A DNA stretch of 48,553 nucleotides from Pseudobacteriovorax sp. (GTDB lineage: Bacteria; Bdellovibrionota_B; Oligoflexia; Oligoflexales; Oligoflexaceae), in NCBI GenBank assembly GCA_050293845.1, contig JBNKNM010000011.1, forward strand, positions 16,440 to 64,992. Reading direction: 5' to 3'. This document shows, piece after piece, positions 30,125 to 39,319 of the stretch (positions are counted from its first letter, which is position 1; every line of letters starts with the position of its first letter). The notes below the pieces were generated by a model that was given only the letters and a program-made list of their open reading frames with translations, was not told where the DNA came from and made no database searches. Both the position numbers and the translations under genes were made by a program.

Positions 30125-31003
30125 ATGAAACGCTCGGGTGCAGTAAAATTTCCCAATTCGGTGCAGCTTTTTAAATTCTGTCATAAAGTCATGATGCATC
30201 AAAAAGGGGGGAAAGTTAGAGATCAAGAAGTAGGAGCTATCCTAAATTTTAACCCTTCAGATTGTAGTCACTGGAAACGTGGTGAAAAGAACGTCCGTTC
30301 CGTATTTGCCTTGGCCAAACTAGCCGATACGCTGGGTGTTGAAATCGGGCTTATCCATGATGTCACCAGCGGTGCTGTAAACCTAGAAGAAGCCTACTTC
30401 GAATATTTAGAGTCAGGGGCTATCAAAACAATCTATTCAGAACTAAGCCCCACCCATCGGGCTAAGATTGCAGAAACCAATGACAGAGTAGTTGAGTTTG
30501 TAACAACGATACAGTCGGAGTCAGATTTTACGACACCACCCCTTTACCTCCCTGAAGTGATGCGAGCCTTTGCTTTTGTTTCCACTCAGCCTGTGGAAAT
30601 GCTCGATAAGCTCAGTAGAATTTTGCGGGTTAAATCAAATCGTTATTGCATTCAGTTCAAAAAGGGTGACTTAAAGCCGCAAACGAGAATGTCTATGGTT
30701 AAGGATTTGGCTAGAATTGTTTTCCAAGGGGAAAGGATGCGCTTTCCTGAGCTGGGTTCATTAACACCTGAGTTATTGAAACTAGAGGAATTACTTTTCA
30801 CTGCCAACCTATTGATACCAAAATCAACGCTGCGACACGAATTGTCGAAACTAGATACCCGTAAAAATGTAGTTTCTGAACTAGCGGCTTTATTTTGGGT
30901 TCCCAAATCGCTCATTGGCTTTCAATTGCAAGAACTCTTGTTGGATCAACCCATGATGCAACCAGAACTAACGGCCGCCCCAGCTGCTGTTAGTCAGCTG
31001 TAG
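30125..31003 (+). CDS. XRE-like HTH protein fused to an ImmA/IrrE-like domain lacking HEXXH
   Basis: HTH-like DQEVGAILNFNPSDCSHWKRG...LAKLADTLGV; C-terminal QTRMSMVKDLA...EELLFTANLLIP...LAALFWVP matches ImmA/IrrE architecture; GGAGG RBS. Confidence 0.7.
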   Translation: MKRSGAVKFPNSVQLFKFCHKVMMHQKGGKVRDQEVGAILNFNPSDCSHWKRGEKNVRSVFALAKLADTLGVEIGLIHDVTSGAVNLEEAYFEYLESGAIKTIYSELSPTHRAKIAETNDRVVEFVTTIQSESDFTTPPLYLPEVMRAFAFVSTQPVEMLDKLSRILRVKSNRYCIQFKKGDLKPQTRMSMVKDLARIVFQGERMRFPELGSLTPELLKLEELLFTANLLIPKSTLRHELSKLDTRKNVVSELAALFWVPKSLIGFQLQELLLDQPMMQPELTAAPAAVSQL

Positions 31004-31006
31004 CCC

Positions 31007-31049
31007 ACTTCTCTCGTGACAGAGAGAAGTCTGCCTTCTCTCTTTGTTT
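31007..31049 (+). terminator. Hairpin(s) after the HTH gene; probable terminator with an alternative fold
   Basis: acttctctc(31007-15) pairs with gagagaagt(31022-30), or agagagaag(31021-29) pairs with cttctctct(31035-43) followed by ttgttt. Confidence 0.55.
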
Positions 31050-31089
31050 AATTAATTCATATAGTTATCCATCCATTTTCTCCCGTGAC

Positions 31090-31116
31090 TAATTTTGCCA
31101 GTAGCAACGCCGATAG
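31090..31116 (+). promoter_or_regulatory. Putative sigma-28 (FliA) promoter for the cheX-like gene
   Basis: TAAT-N15-GCCGATAG. Confidence 0.6.
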
Positions 31117-31199
31117 CAATGATGAACTCGGATCTGAAAAATTCAGTTTGGCAATGCAGAGTAAGGTGGTTTCTTTCACATTCTTGATGAACTAGAGCT

Positions 31200-32426
31200 A
31201 TGGGAGATCATTCTTTGAAGTTTTCAGAAAAACACCGTGAAAAAATTCGTCAAATTACCCAGGAATCTATTCAAAGTGCGCTATTCCCGACGAAATTGAT
31301 GCCATTGTCTGAAGATCATCAAAGCAACGATGAGCCGGAAACTCTCCTTGTTAGTATCTTAGGCTTTCAAGGTGAAAAAATGAATGGTTCTGTGATTTTG
31401 GGATGTGATGAAGACTTTTTACGCTGGTCTTGTCCTGGGGGAAAAAGCAAAGATCCTCCTTCAGAAGCGCTGATACACGATTGGATTGGGGAACTGACCA
31501 ATCTTATTATGGGAAGATTAAAGAATAAGTTGTACAGCTACGGGATTGGTTTAACCCTTAATCCACCTTCTATCTCGGAGGCAACAAATAGTATTTTTGA
31601 AACTTATTCGTCGCGGATGCCCTCAGAAATTCTTTGGTATACTACGGACAAAGGTGACCGGATTTGCTTTCTTATAGCTTGTGACATTGATACCAGTGTC
31701 GACTTTCAACCGGTAGTTGCACAAAAGGAAAATCTAGAGCCAGGATCAGGTATTGTTTCCCTTCGTCGTTATGATCTGGAAGAAGGAACGGGAGAGCAAA
31801 AAGATCAAATTCTAAATCCAACAATGCCGTCTATAAAAAGCGATAGGGACCATGATGAACTTCAAGATTTTGATGTCCCTGTGGATTATGATTTTGAAGA
31901 TGAACATTTATGTCCTATTGGTCATGTAGGGACTACTGAAGATGTGGCAGCTCTTGATAGAACTTTGAGCGAGGAAAATCGAGGAAGTTCTGATACCCTA
32001 TTACCGCATGATTCTTATGATGCTCACTCCATTTCTGTTAAAAATCTTCCCCCTGTGAAGAAAAAGACATCAACCCCAAGGACTAAAGCACATATAGCAC
32101 GTGATGACGAGGATATGAGTGCGACAGCTCAGTCCAACCGTTCGTGGGAGTTGGCAACTCGTGAAAACAATAATGCAGCGCAGGCGACAGCTCTTAGGGA
32201 TTATAAGCAGCAACCGTTATCGTCATTTAATTTAACGAGCACGGGTATGGTTGAGGTGCGCTTTGATCCTGGTCTTGAGTTTCGACTTGATCCGGAACTG
32301 CTGTATAAGACAGGTTTCAAGAATTTCAAGATGCAAGGTATTGAGGTATCAATTAGCCAAGGCCCGGCAAGTTATGTTTTACAAATTGCCGGTATAGAAA
32401 TACTTGTTGCTAGAAAGGTTGCTTAA
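31200..32426 (+). CDS. CheX-domain (CheY-P phosphatase family) protein with long acidic linker and small C-terminal domain
   Basis: VSILGFQGEKMNGSVIL...DWIGELTNLIMGRLK...LNPP containing the ExxN motif. Confidence 0.78.
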   Translation: MGDHSLKFSEKHREKIRQITQESIQSALFPTKLMPLSEDHQSNDEPETLLVSILGFQGEKMNGSVILGCDEDFLRWSCPGGKSKDPPSEALIHDWIGELTNLIMGRLKNKLYSYGIGLTLNPPSISEATNSIFETYSSRMPSEILWYTTDKGDRICFLIACDIDTSVDFQPVVAQKENLEPGSGIVSLRRYDLEEGTGEQKDQILNPTMPSIKSDRDHDELQDFDVPVDYDFEDEHLCPIGHVGTTEDVAALDRTLSEENRGSSDTLLPHDSYDAHSISVKNLPPVKKKTSTPRTKAHIARDDEDMSATAQSNRSWELATRENNNAAQATALRDYKQQPLSSFNLTSTGMVEVRFDPGLEFRLDPELLYKTGFKNFKMQGIEVSISQGPASYVLQIAGIEILVARKVA

Positions 32427-33163
32427 CTAGTTACAAAGCTAGCTATAAGGCCCATCAATCCTCCAAAGAAGCCGCCCCAGACAACGAGCCATCCTAGATG
32501 TTCTTTGATCATCTCTTGAATGATCTCCTTCACCATATGGGGGGTAAGCTCATCCAGTCTAGCTTGAACAATATAATCAACACGATCCAAAAGTTGGTCA
32601 ATGTGCAGGGTTGCTTCTAAGGTTTGAGCAAGCTTTTGTTTAAACGCCGGGGAGGAACCCATTTCGTGAATGGCTTCACTAATTTTTTCTATCATGGGGG
32701 CTTTCATTTGGTCTAAAGCATCTTCCCCACCAAACATACCTAGCATGGCACCAAATGGTGAGTCCATAACACCGGTCTTTAGCTTTGCAAACAATAAATC
32801 ATAATCGACAAGGTTGAGGAACTGAGATAGATCCATCTGGGGGCCTGTTTGCTCCTTAAAAAAGCGCTCGAGATTGTCACGCGTAAAAAACTGATCCATC
32901 ATCAAATTTCTAATACCCTTTTTAAATTCTTCGAATTTATTGGGTATAATCCCAGATCCATAAAAGCCTGGAATTTTTTCAAAGAGCATCTGGATAGCGA
33001 TCCAGTTTGTTACCGACCCTGAAAGTGCAAAACAACCGATGTTGGCTAATAGAGACTGATAATGGGGGAAAAGATAGGAGCCACCTACAAAGAGGGCTGC
33101 TGCGATGTTTGTCAGAAAACTCTTATTTAGAAATAGCTTCATCTCGATCCTGTAATATACCAA
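32423..33163 (-). CDS. DUF445-family membrane protein
   Basis: GSVTNWIAIQMLFEKIPGFYGSGIIP and HLGWLVVWGGFFGGLMG. Confidence 0.85.
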   Translation of the reverse strand: MVYYRIEMKLFLNKSFLTNIAAALFVGGSYLFPHYQSLLANIGCFALSGSVTNWIAIQMLFEKIPGFYGSGIIPNKFEEFKKGIRNLMMDQFFTRDNLERFFKEQTGPQMDLSQFLNLVDYDLLFAKLKTGVMDSPFGAMLGMFGGEDALDQMKAPMIEKISEAIHEMGSSPAFKQKLAQTLEATLHIDQLLDRVDYIVQARLDELTPHMVKEIIQEMIKEHLGWLVVWGGFFGGLMGLIASFVTS

Positions 33164-33258
33164 TATGACATGAAAACGTATTTTAACGAACCGCTCCTAA
33201 AAGGCCAATGTTTTTTTCTTTCGCCAGCAGTAATTTAGATAAAAATAAACTTGGCAAA

Positions 33259-33304
33259 ATTGCATAAAGGTGCGATTATGCGTATTAATGTTGTTAATAT
33301 GCAA
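33259..33304 (+). promoter_or_regulatory. Degenerate ARG-box-like operator region upstream of argR
   Basis: TGCAT-aaag-GTGCG, TGCGT-atta-ATGTT and ATGCA half-sites resemble TGMAT-N4-ATKCA. Confidence 0.45.
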
Positions 33305-33327
33305 TCAAGAGGCATATTGAGGAGTTT

Positions 33328-33747
33328 ATGTCGGAACAAGATCGCTTAGGTGCCATTGCAAATATTATTAGAACAGAGCGGGTGGGAAACCAGGTTGAGC
33401 TGAAAAGTCGATTGGCCGGTCAGGGTTTTGAAACCACACAGTCTAGCATTTCCCGGGATTTGAAAAAGCTTGGTGTGGTGAAAGTCGATGGAGTCTATAA
33501 AACTCCCAATATTGCTCCAGGAGAGTCATCAAAGGTAGACCGCCTTGATGCTGCAACTGCTGGAGAGAACCTCATTGTTCTGCGAACAGGACCGGGAAAT
33601 GCTAATCGTGCAGCAGTGATCATCGATAGGTCTAATATCCCTGGTTTGTTAGGAACAATTGCTGGAGATGACACTATTTTTGTCGCAGTAGCTAATAGAC
33701 AGTTACAAGCAAAAGTAATGAAAAAAATATTTACCCTTTTTGAATAA
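33328..33747 (+). CDS. argR: Arginine repressor
   Basis: [33 protein letters not shown]. Confidence 0.95.
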   Translation: MSEQDRLGAIANIIRTERVGNQVELKSRLAGQGFETTQSSISRDLKKLGVVKVDGVYKTPNIAPGESSKVDRLDAATAGENLIVLRTGPGNANRAAVIIDRSNIPGLLGTIAGDDTIFVAVANRQLQAKVMKKIFTLFE

Positions 33748-33756
33748 GGAGTTGTC

Positions 33757-34953
33757 ATGACACAGGAAAAAGTAATACTAGCTTATTCTGGTGGATTAGA
33801 TACGTCGGTCATGGCTTTGTGGCTTAAGGAAACCTATGATTACGAAGTGATCGCTTTTACTGCCGATATTGGGCAAGGGGCCGAACTGGAGGGGCTCGAG
33901 GAAAAGGCTCTTAAAACGGGATGTTCAAAAATATATGTTGAAGATCTGCGCGAAGAGTTTGTCAAAGATTATGTTTGGACAGCTCTCAAAGCATCAGCAG
34001 TTTATGAAGGACACTATCTACTTGGAACTTCCGTAGCGCGCCCGGTTATTGCCAAAAAACAAATCGAAATTGCCAACAAAGAAGGGGCTTCTGCAGTAGC
34101 CCATGGCGCGACAGGAAAAGGTAACGATCAGGTACGCTTTGAATTAGGGTATTATGCTCTCAAGCCTGATATAAAAGTGGTTGCTCCTTGGCGGGTGTGG
34201 CCCTTCAAGGGGCGTACGGATTTGATGGCGTTTGCTGCCAAGCATGATATACCAGTTACTGCTACCCATGCTAAACCTTACTCTACAGATGCTAATCTCA
34301 TGCACGTTAGTTACGAAGGCGGTATTCTAGAAGATCCCTGGAATCCGGCTCCCGAAGATATTTTCCTTTTAACAAGGAGCGCTGAAAAAGCTCCGGAGCA
34401 GGCTCAGGAGATTGTTATTGGTTTTTCTCAGGGGGAACCTGTAAGTCTAGATGAAAAACCCCTAAAAGGTGTGCCGATGTTGGAAGCTTTAAATGAAATT
34501 GCTGGTATTCATGGCATAGGGCGTATTGATATCGTAGAAAACCGTTTTGTGGGTATAAAGTCTCGCGGGGTTTATGAAACCCCAGGACTTACTGTATTAC
34601 ACCAGGCCCATCGGGCTCTAGAGACCATCACGCTTGATCGAGAGGTCATGAAGCTGCGTGACTCTCTTGGCACTAAAATCGCTGAATTGATTTACAATGG
34701 CTTCTGGTTTTCGCCAGAGTTTTCTGTTCTCCAGAAAATGGTGAACGATATCCAACTTCCCGTTTCTGGTGATGTTAAGCTCAAGCTCTATAAAGGGCAA
34801 GTTACCACCCTCGGGCGTAGATCACCAAATTCTCTTTATTCAGAGGCTTTAGCTACTTTTGAAGAAGATCAGGTCTATAACCAGGCAGATGCCGAAGGTT
34901 TTATCAAGCTCAATGCATTACGCTTAAGAAATGCAAAGACAGTAGGAGGTTGA
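33757..34953 (+). CDS. argG: Argininosuccinate synthase
   Basis: LAYSGGLDTS, HGATGKGNDQVRFE, KSRGVYETPG. Confidence 0.97.
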   Translation: MTQEKVILAYSGGLDTSVMALWLKETYDYEVIAFTADIGQGAELEGLEEKALKTGCSKIYVEDLREEFVKDYVWTALKASAVYEGHYLLGTSVARPVIAKKQIEIANKEGASAVAHGATGKGNDQVRFELGYYALKPDIKVVAPWRVWPFKGRTDLMAFAAKHDIPVTATHAKPYSTDANLMHVSYEGGILEDPWNPAPEDIFLLTRSAEKAPEQAQEIVIGFSQGEPVSLDEKPLKGVPMLEALNEIAGIHGIGRIDIVENRFVGIKSRGVYETPGLTVLHQAHRALETITLDREVMKLRDSLGTKIAELIYNGFWFSPEFSVLQKMVNDIQLPVSGDVKLKLYKGQVTTLGRRSPNSLYSEALATFEEDQVYNQADAEGFIKLNALRLRNAKTVGG

Positions 34954-34955
34954 CA

Positions 34956-36383
34956 ATGGCGGGGCTTTGGGGAGGACGGTTTGAGCAATCTCCTGACTCT
35001 TTTTTTAAGAAATTTAATGCATCCTTTCCCTTTGATTATCGATTGATTCGATGTGATATTCGGGGCAGTCTTGCCTACTGCAACGCCCTTGGCCGGGTAG
35101 GGGTACTGAGTGGTGAGGAGCAGAAGGCGATATCCGCAGGACTGCAGTCAATTCTTAAAGATCTGGAAGACGACCCCAAGTTTGTGACAGCAGTGCTAGA
35201 TCAGTTCGAGGATGTTCATGATTTTGTTGAAGCTACTTTAGGACAGAGAATTGGTAATGCCGCCAAAAAACTGCATACAGGTCGTAGTCGCAATGATCAG
35301 GTAGCTACCGACTTTCGGCTTTATATAAGGGAAGAAGTCGACCATACTTTGCTACAAATACATCAGCTACAGGAAGCGATTGTTATTAGGGCTGAAGCTG
35401 AACAAGATGTGATTCTACCTGGCTTTACGCATCTGCAAAAAGCACAGGCGATTACTTGGTCTCACTTCTTACTGTCGTATTTTCAAATGCTGGAGAGGGA
35501 TAAAGCAAGGCTGATTGATGCGCGGAAGCGGCTTAATATCCTGCCTTTGGGGTCAGGAGCCTTAGCAGGAAATAATTACCCCATAGACCGACAGTTGCTA
35601 GCAAATGAACTAGGTTTTGAAGCTATTAGCCAAAATAGTCTCGACGCTACCAGCGATCGAGATTTTGTCGTGGAAGTCTTAAGCGGCTTATCCTTAATTA
35701 TGGTTCATCTTTCAAGGTTATCTGAAGATCTCATCATCTACTGCAGCTCTGAATATGATTATCTCAGGATGAGCGATGCAGTATCGACAGGATCTTCCTT
35801 GATGCCCCAGAAGAAAAATCCAGATGCGCTAGAGTTAATCCGTGGAAAGTCAGGACGTGTTCAGGGCAATCTTATGGCAATGTTAACCGTACTAAAAGGT
35901 TTGCCAAGTTGTTACAATAAGGATCTACAGGAAGACAAAGAGCTGATGTTTGATGGATTTGATACAGCTATGGGCTCCCTTGCGGTGATGAAAACTGTGA
36001 TCAGTAGTTTGGTAATCAACCCCAAGAAAATGTTGAATGCCTGTAAGACCGGCTACTTAAATGCTACTGACTTGGCAGATTACCTTGTATCCCAGGGCAC
36101 CCCTTTTCGAGAAGCTCACCACATAGTGGGTCGCATTGTACTAGCTGCTAGCGAAGATCAGCTAGGAATAGAGGATTTAAGCCTAGAGCGGTTACAGGAA
36201 TTTTCTTCTGCCTTTGCTGCTGATGTTTACCCTCTTTTAACACCCGAAGCCATGGTTGCCGCTAAAAAGACTACAGGCAGCACGGCACCGGACATGGTGA
36301 GGCAAGCCATTGATGATGCTAGGAGTACTTTGACATCCTCCCCCCTTGCACTCGGGAGGGAGTTTTTAAGGCATGGGTATTAA
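34956..36383 (+). CDS. argH: Argininosuccinate lyase
   Basis: LWGGRF, HTGRSRNDQV, GSSLMPQKKNPD; AGGAGG before ATG 34956. Confidence 0.97.
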   Translation: MAGLWGGRFEQSPDSFFKKFNASFPFDYRLIRCDIRGSLAYCNALGRVGVLSGEEQKAISAGLQSILKDLEDDPKFVTAVLDQFEDVHDFVEATLGQRIGNAAKKLHTGRSRNDQVATDFRLYIREEVDHTLLQIHQLQEAIVIRAEAEQDVILPGFTHLQKAQAITWSHFLLSYFQMLERDKARLIDARKRLNILPLGSGALAGNNYPIDRQLLANELGFEAISQNSLDATSDRDFVVEVLSGLSLIMVHLSRLSEDLIIYCSSEYDYLRMSDAVSTGSSLMPQKKNPDALELIRGKSGRVQGNLMAMLTVLKGLPSCYNKDLQEDKELMFDGFDTAMGSLAVMKTVISSLVINPKKMLNACKTGYLNATDLADYLVSQGTPFREAHHIVGRIVLAASEDQLGIEDLSLERLQEFSSAFAADVYPLLTPEAMVAAKKTTGSTAPDMVRQAIDDARSTLTSSPLALGREFLRHGY

Positions 36384-36418
36384 GATAAAATTGATGTAAG
36401 TATCAGCCGTATACCTGC

Positions 36419-37705
36419 TTAGCAGGTCCGGGACGATTTTTCCAAAACCACGAGGCTTTCAATATGATAGGTGTTGGGAAAAAAATCCATCCCCACTACC
36501 TGTTTCATCTGGTAACCAGCTCCCAGTAGCTTATAACAGTCTTTGGCCAGGGTATTGGGATCACAGCTAATATATACTACCGTTTTGGGATCGATAGCAA
36601 TCAGGTCTCCCATGGCACTGCCGACCCCTTGCCTGGGTGGGTCTAACAATAGCAGGTCCGGTGATTTAATTGTGGGACTAAGGAGATAATCTGAGCTGGT
36701 TTGACAGCGATAGTCGATATTTTGCAGGGCATTGTCCTGAATATTTTTCTTTGCTGTCACAATGGATGCGGGATGAGACTCTATACCTAGTATATATCGG
36801 CCTGCTCTGATCAAGTGGAGGCTCAAGTTTCCGCTTCCACAAAATAGATCAAGGATTGTTTCTGGCTGATAACTATCAACGATGTCTTTAACTAGTTGGC
36901 GAAGTCTATGGTTTGCTGGAATATTAACCTGTTGGAACTGATCATGGCTGGTCCAGTAATTGATACTAAATTGACGATCGTAGATAAAGTGCTGGTGATG
37001 CATGTGACCGCTGATCCCGACCGCGCTCACTACAGGTATTCTAGCAAGAGTTGCTGCGAATTTTGAAATATCACTCTTAATAGCCTTTTTGGCATGTTTT
37101 AGGGTTATGATGACCTTGCTATCAGATAACGCCTGAACCTCTAGGGAGAAAAGTTTAGGTTTATGCAAATCCACAGCTGTTTGGGAAGCTTGATTGAGAA
37201 ACTGGTTTATGGGGGATTCTGCAATCTTACATTGCTTTATGGGAACGGTATCATGGGATTTTTCGCGTAAAAAACCTAAGCTGATTTGAGGTTTTGTGGC
37301 AATGATGCGAAAAGTCGACCGATTACGATAGTTGAACTCCTGGGGAGATGACATCATTTCGAGATCTTCAAGAGTATGATGAGCGATTTTTTTAAATGCT
37401 GAAAGGATAAAATCTTTCTTCCATAGCAACTGCTGAGAGTATAGCGCATTTAGCCATTGGCAGCCTCCACAGCTTTGAAAGTACGGACAGAGAGCCGGGC
37501 GATGAAAGGGCGAGCTATTGGTAGTAGCTATTTTTTTAGTTTCAGCCCAGGAATTCTTATCACGGATAACTTCAGCCTCAACTTGCTCACCAGGAATGGC
37601 ATTAGGTATAAAAAAAACCTTGCCATCCTGCTTGAGGATACCTCGCCCTCCAAAGCTCATAGATGTCACTGTTCCCTTGATACGGTTTTGATTTTTTTTT
37701 GTCAT
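36419..37705 (-). CDS. RlmD/TrmA-family RNA m5U methyltransferase with TRAM domain and Fe-S motif
   Basis: CPYFQSCGGCQW, FQQVN, DLFCGSG, DPPRQG, YISCDP, DFFPNTYHIE. Confidence 0.9.
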   Translation of the reverse strand: MTKKNQNRIKGTVTSMSFGGRGILKQDGKVFFIPNAIPGEQVEAEVIRDKNSWAETKKIATTNSSPFHRPALCPYFQSCGGCQWLNALYSQQLLWKKDFILSAFKKIAHHTLEDLEMMSSPQEFNYRNRSTFRIIATKPQISLGFLREKSHDTVPIKQCKIAESPINQFLNQASQTAVDLHKPKLFSLEVQALSDSKVIITLKHAKKAIKSDISKFAATLARIPVVSAVGISGHMHHQHFIYDRQFSINYWTSHDQFQQVNIPANHRLRQLVKDIVDSYQPETILDLFCGSGNLSLHLIRAGRYILGIESHPASIVTAKKNIQDNALQNIDYRCQTSSDYLLSPTIKSPDLLLLDPPRQGVGSAMGDLIAIDPKTVVYISCDPNTLAKDCYKLLGAGYQMKQVVGMDFFPNTYHIESLVVLEKSSRTC

Positions 37706-37714
37706 GTATTCTAA

Positions 37715-38032
37715 CTATTGCTTGCTGGTAGTTTTATTTTTCTTCTTGGAAGGGGGAGGATCTTCCTGGGAGGATTTAGGGACCAGTTCTAGGGTCAGCT
37801 GCAGCTTTTTATCTTTCAATATTTGAGAAAGGGGTTCTTTTAAGACTGCTGCCGTTGCCACTCCTATCTCGCGGCAAATGAGTTGAACGATTTCATCTTT
37901 GCCTTTTCCAGCCAATGTAGCTAAATTGCCAATAAATTCCTTGCCAAATTTCAAATCGAATACAGGGGATTCGGTATTCTTCAATAAAAGCGTGAGTAGC
38001 TGCTTCAGGGTGTTTTCTTTTTCTTTTGACAT
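37715..38032 (-). CDS. Hypothetical protein (105 aa)
   Basis: GGGAG RBS; 9 bp upstream of the methyltransferase in the same orientation. Confidence 0.65.
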   Translation of the reverse strand: MSKEKENTLKQLLTLLLKNTESPVFDLKFGKEFIGNLATLAGKGKDEIVQLICREIGVATAAVLKEPLSQILKDKKLQLTLELVPKSSQEDPPPSKKKNKTTSKQ

Positions 38033-38089
38033 CTAGACTCTCCCAAATTCAATCTGGCGATGCCAATTTATAGGTTGTCCCAAGATTTT

Positions 38090-38377
38090 TTACAATAGCT
38101 CTAAAATGACGCTTGCTAAAAGTTTTTGATGGGATTCAGGAATATTTTTCTGCTGGTTCATTTCTTCCCGTAACTTTTTGGCTAACTCAAGAGCTTCCTG
38201 GTCATTTTTCAGTTGCTTATGGATACTGTTGAGTTTTTTTATGAACTCTACATCCGCATTTTCATCTCGCGACTTGAATTTTTTAAATAATGCCGCTTCT
38301 TCCTTCACAAGGCCTTGTTTTTGTAAGTCTAAATACGCTTTCCGTTGCTCTTCTCTTTCTCGAATGCGAAATGCCAT
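38090..38377 (-). CDS. Hypothetical coiled-coil protein (95 aa)
   Basis: ATG at 38377 forms a TAATG overlap with the PilZ gene stop; charged helical composition. Confidence 0.7.
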   Translation of the reverse strand: MAFRIREREEQRKAYLDLQKQGLVKEEAALFKKFKSRDENADVEFIKKLNSIHKQLKNDQEALELAKKLREEMNQQKNIPESHQKLLASVILELL

Positions 38378-39129
38378 TAGTCCCCCGTCAGAGTTGGTAA
38401 AATATCTTGGGCATCTTGATTCCCTAATGCCATGAGGAGGTCGATTCCTTGGGTTTTGCAACTTAGAGAGATGGTGCTATCGCATTCGAGTAGTTCATCA
38501 GAAGGAATGGCTAAGTCTGATGTAGAAGTGCTACTTTTTTTAACCGTACCTGTTATCAGGCCGTTATTGGCGTTCCATTCCAGAAAAAAACAATCGAAAA
38601 CTAACTGCCATGCTTCCAAGTTGTGATAGGCATCCCTCCAAATCACGAGATCTGTACCTTCATCACCATGATACCATACTTTACGACTAGAACTTTCCTG
38701 GAGAAAACTTGCATCGACTGGTTTTAATGAATTCGCTATGGCAAGAGGTTTAATGAGCCTGTTTAAAAAGAAAAGGATCTTTTCATCGAAGTTTTGCAGT
38801 TCAAATCCAACAAGGTGACCCCTTTTCCATGCCACCTTGATATTTACACTATAGGTTTCACCCAAATAGCGTAAGTAAGCCTCATAGGCATCGCTAACTG
38901 TAAAGTTGTCAAAGGCTCGTTGGGAGACGATGCAGGAAAAGCCTTTAGCAGAAATATCAATAATTTTAGCAATATCTTCACAATTGAATGCCACCAGATG
39001 CTGCTTTCTAATGTCGTAACGCTCAAATTGGCGTCGATTTCTTGAGCGGGGTTTACATAGAGAGGGTTGGCTATTAATGATCCTTCTTTTAAAAAAAATT
39101 TTAAACAAATTGGCCCCATTAATATTCAT
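38377..39129 (-). CDS. PilZ-domain c-di-GMP receptor with extra C-terminal domain
   Basis: RQFER (RxxxR) and DISAKG (DxSxxG), VAW...VGFEL. Confidence 0.82.
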   Translation of the reverse strand: MNINGANLFKIFFKRRIINSQPSLCKPRSRNRRQFERYDIRKQHLVAFNCEDIAKIIDISAKGFSCIVSQRAFDNFTVSDAYEAYLRYLGETYSVNIKVAWKRGHLVGFELQNFDEKILFFLNRLIKPLAIANSLKPVDASFLQESSSRKVWYHGDEGTDLVIWRDAYHNLEAWQLVFDCFFLEWNANNGLITGTVKKSSTSTSDLAIPSDELLECDSTISLSCKTQGIDLLMALGNQDAQDILPTLTGD

Positions 39130-39247
39130 GAAAACCTGTACGACAGTATTCGTGCTCCAATCACGGTCACGTTCAGGGTCCTAGGCAGTCTGTCTTGATT
39201 ATGCCCAGAGAAAAAAGTAAACGAAGATTACAGGCTAACCTGTACAT

Positions 39248-39274
39248 TTTTCGGGTTCCAATTAACAAAGATTA
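39248..39274 (-). promoter_or_regulatory. Possible sigma-28-type promoter for the PilZ gene
   Basis: Minus strand TAAT-N15-CCCGAAAA. Confidence 0.35.
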
Positions 39275-39319
39275 AATCTTTTTTTAATTTTTATTGACAA
39301 AAGTTAATATAATTGATAT

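Noticed and set aside
38378..38461. Longer start for the 123-aa ORF
   Set aside because: It lies inside the PilZ gene; the TAATG coupling at 38377 is the more plausible start
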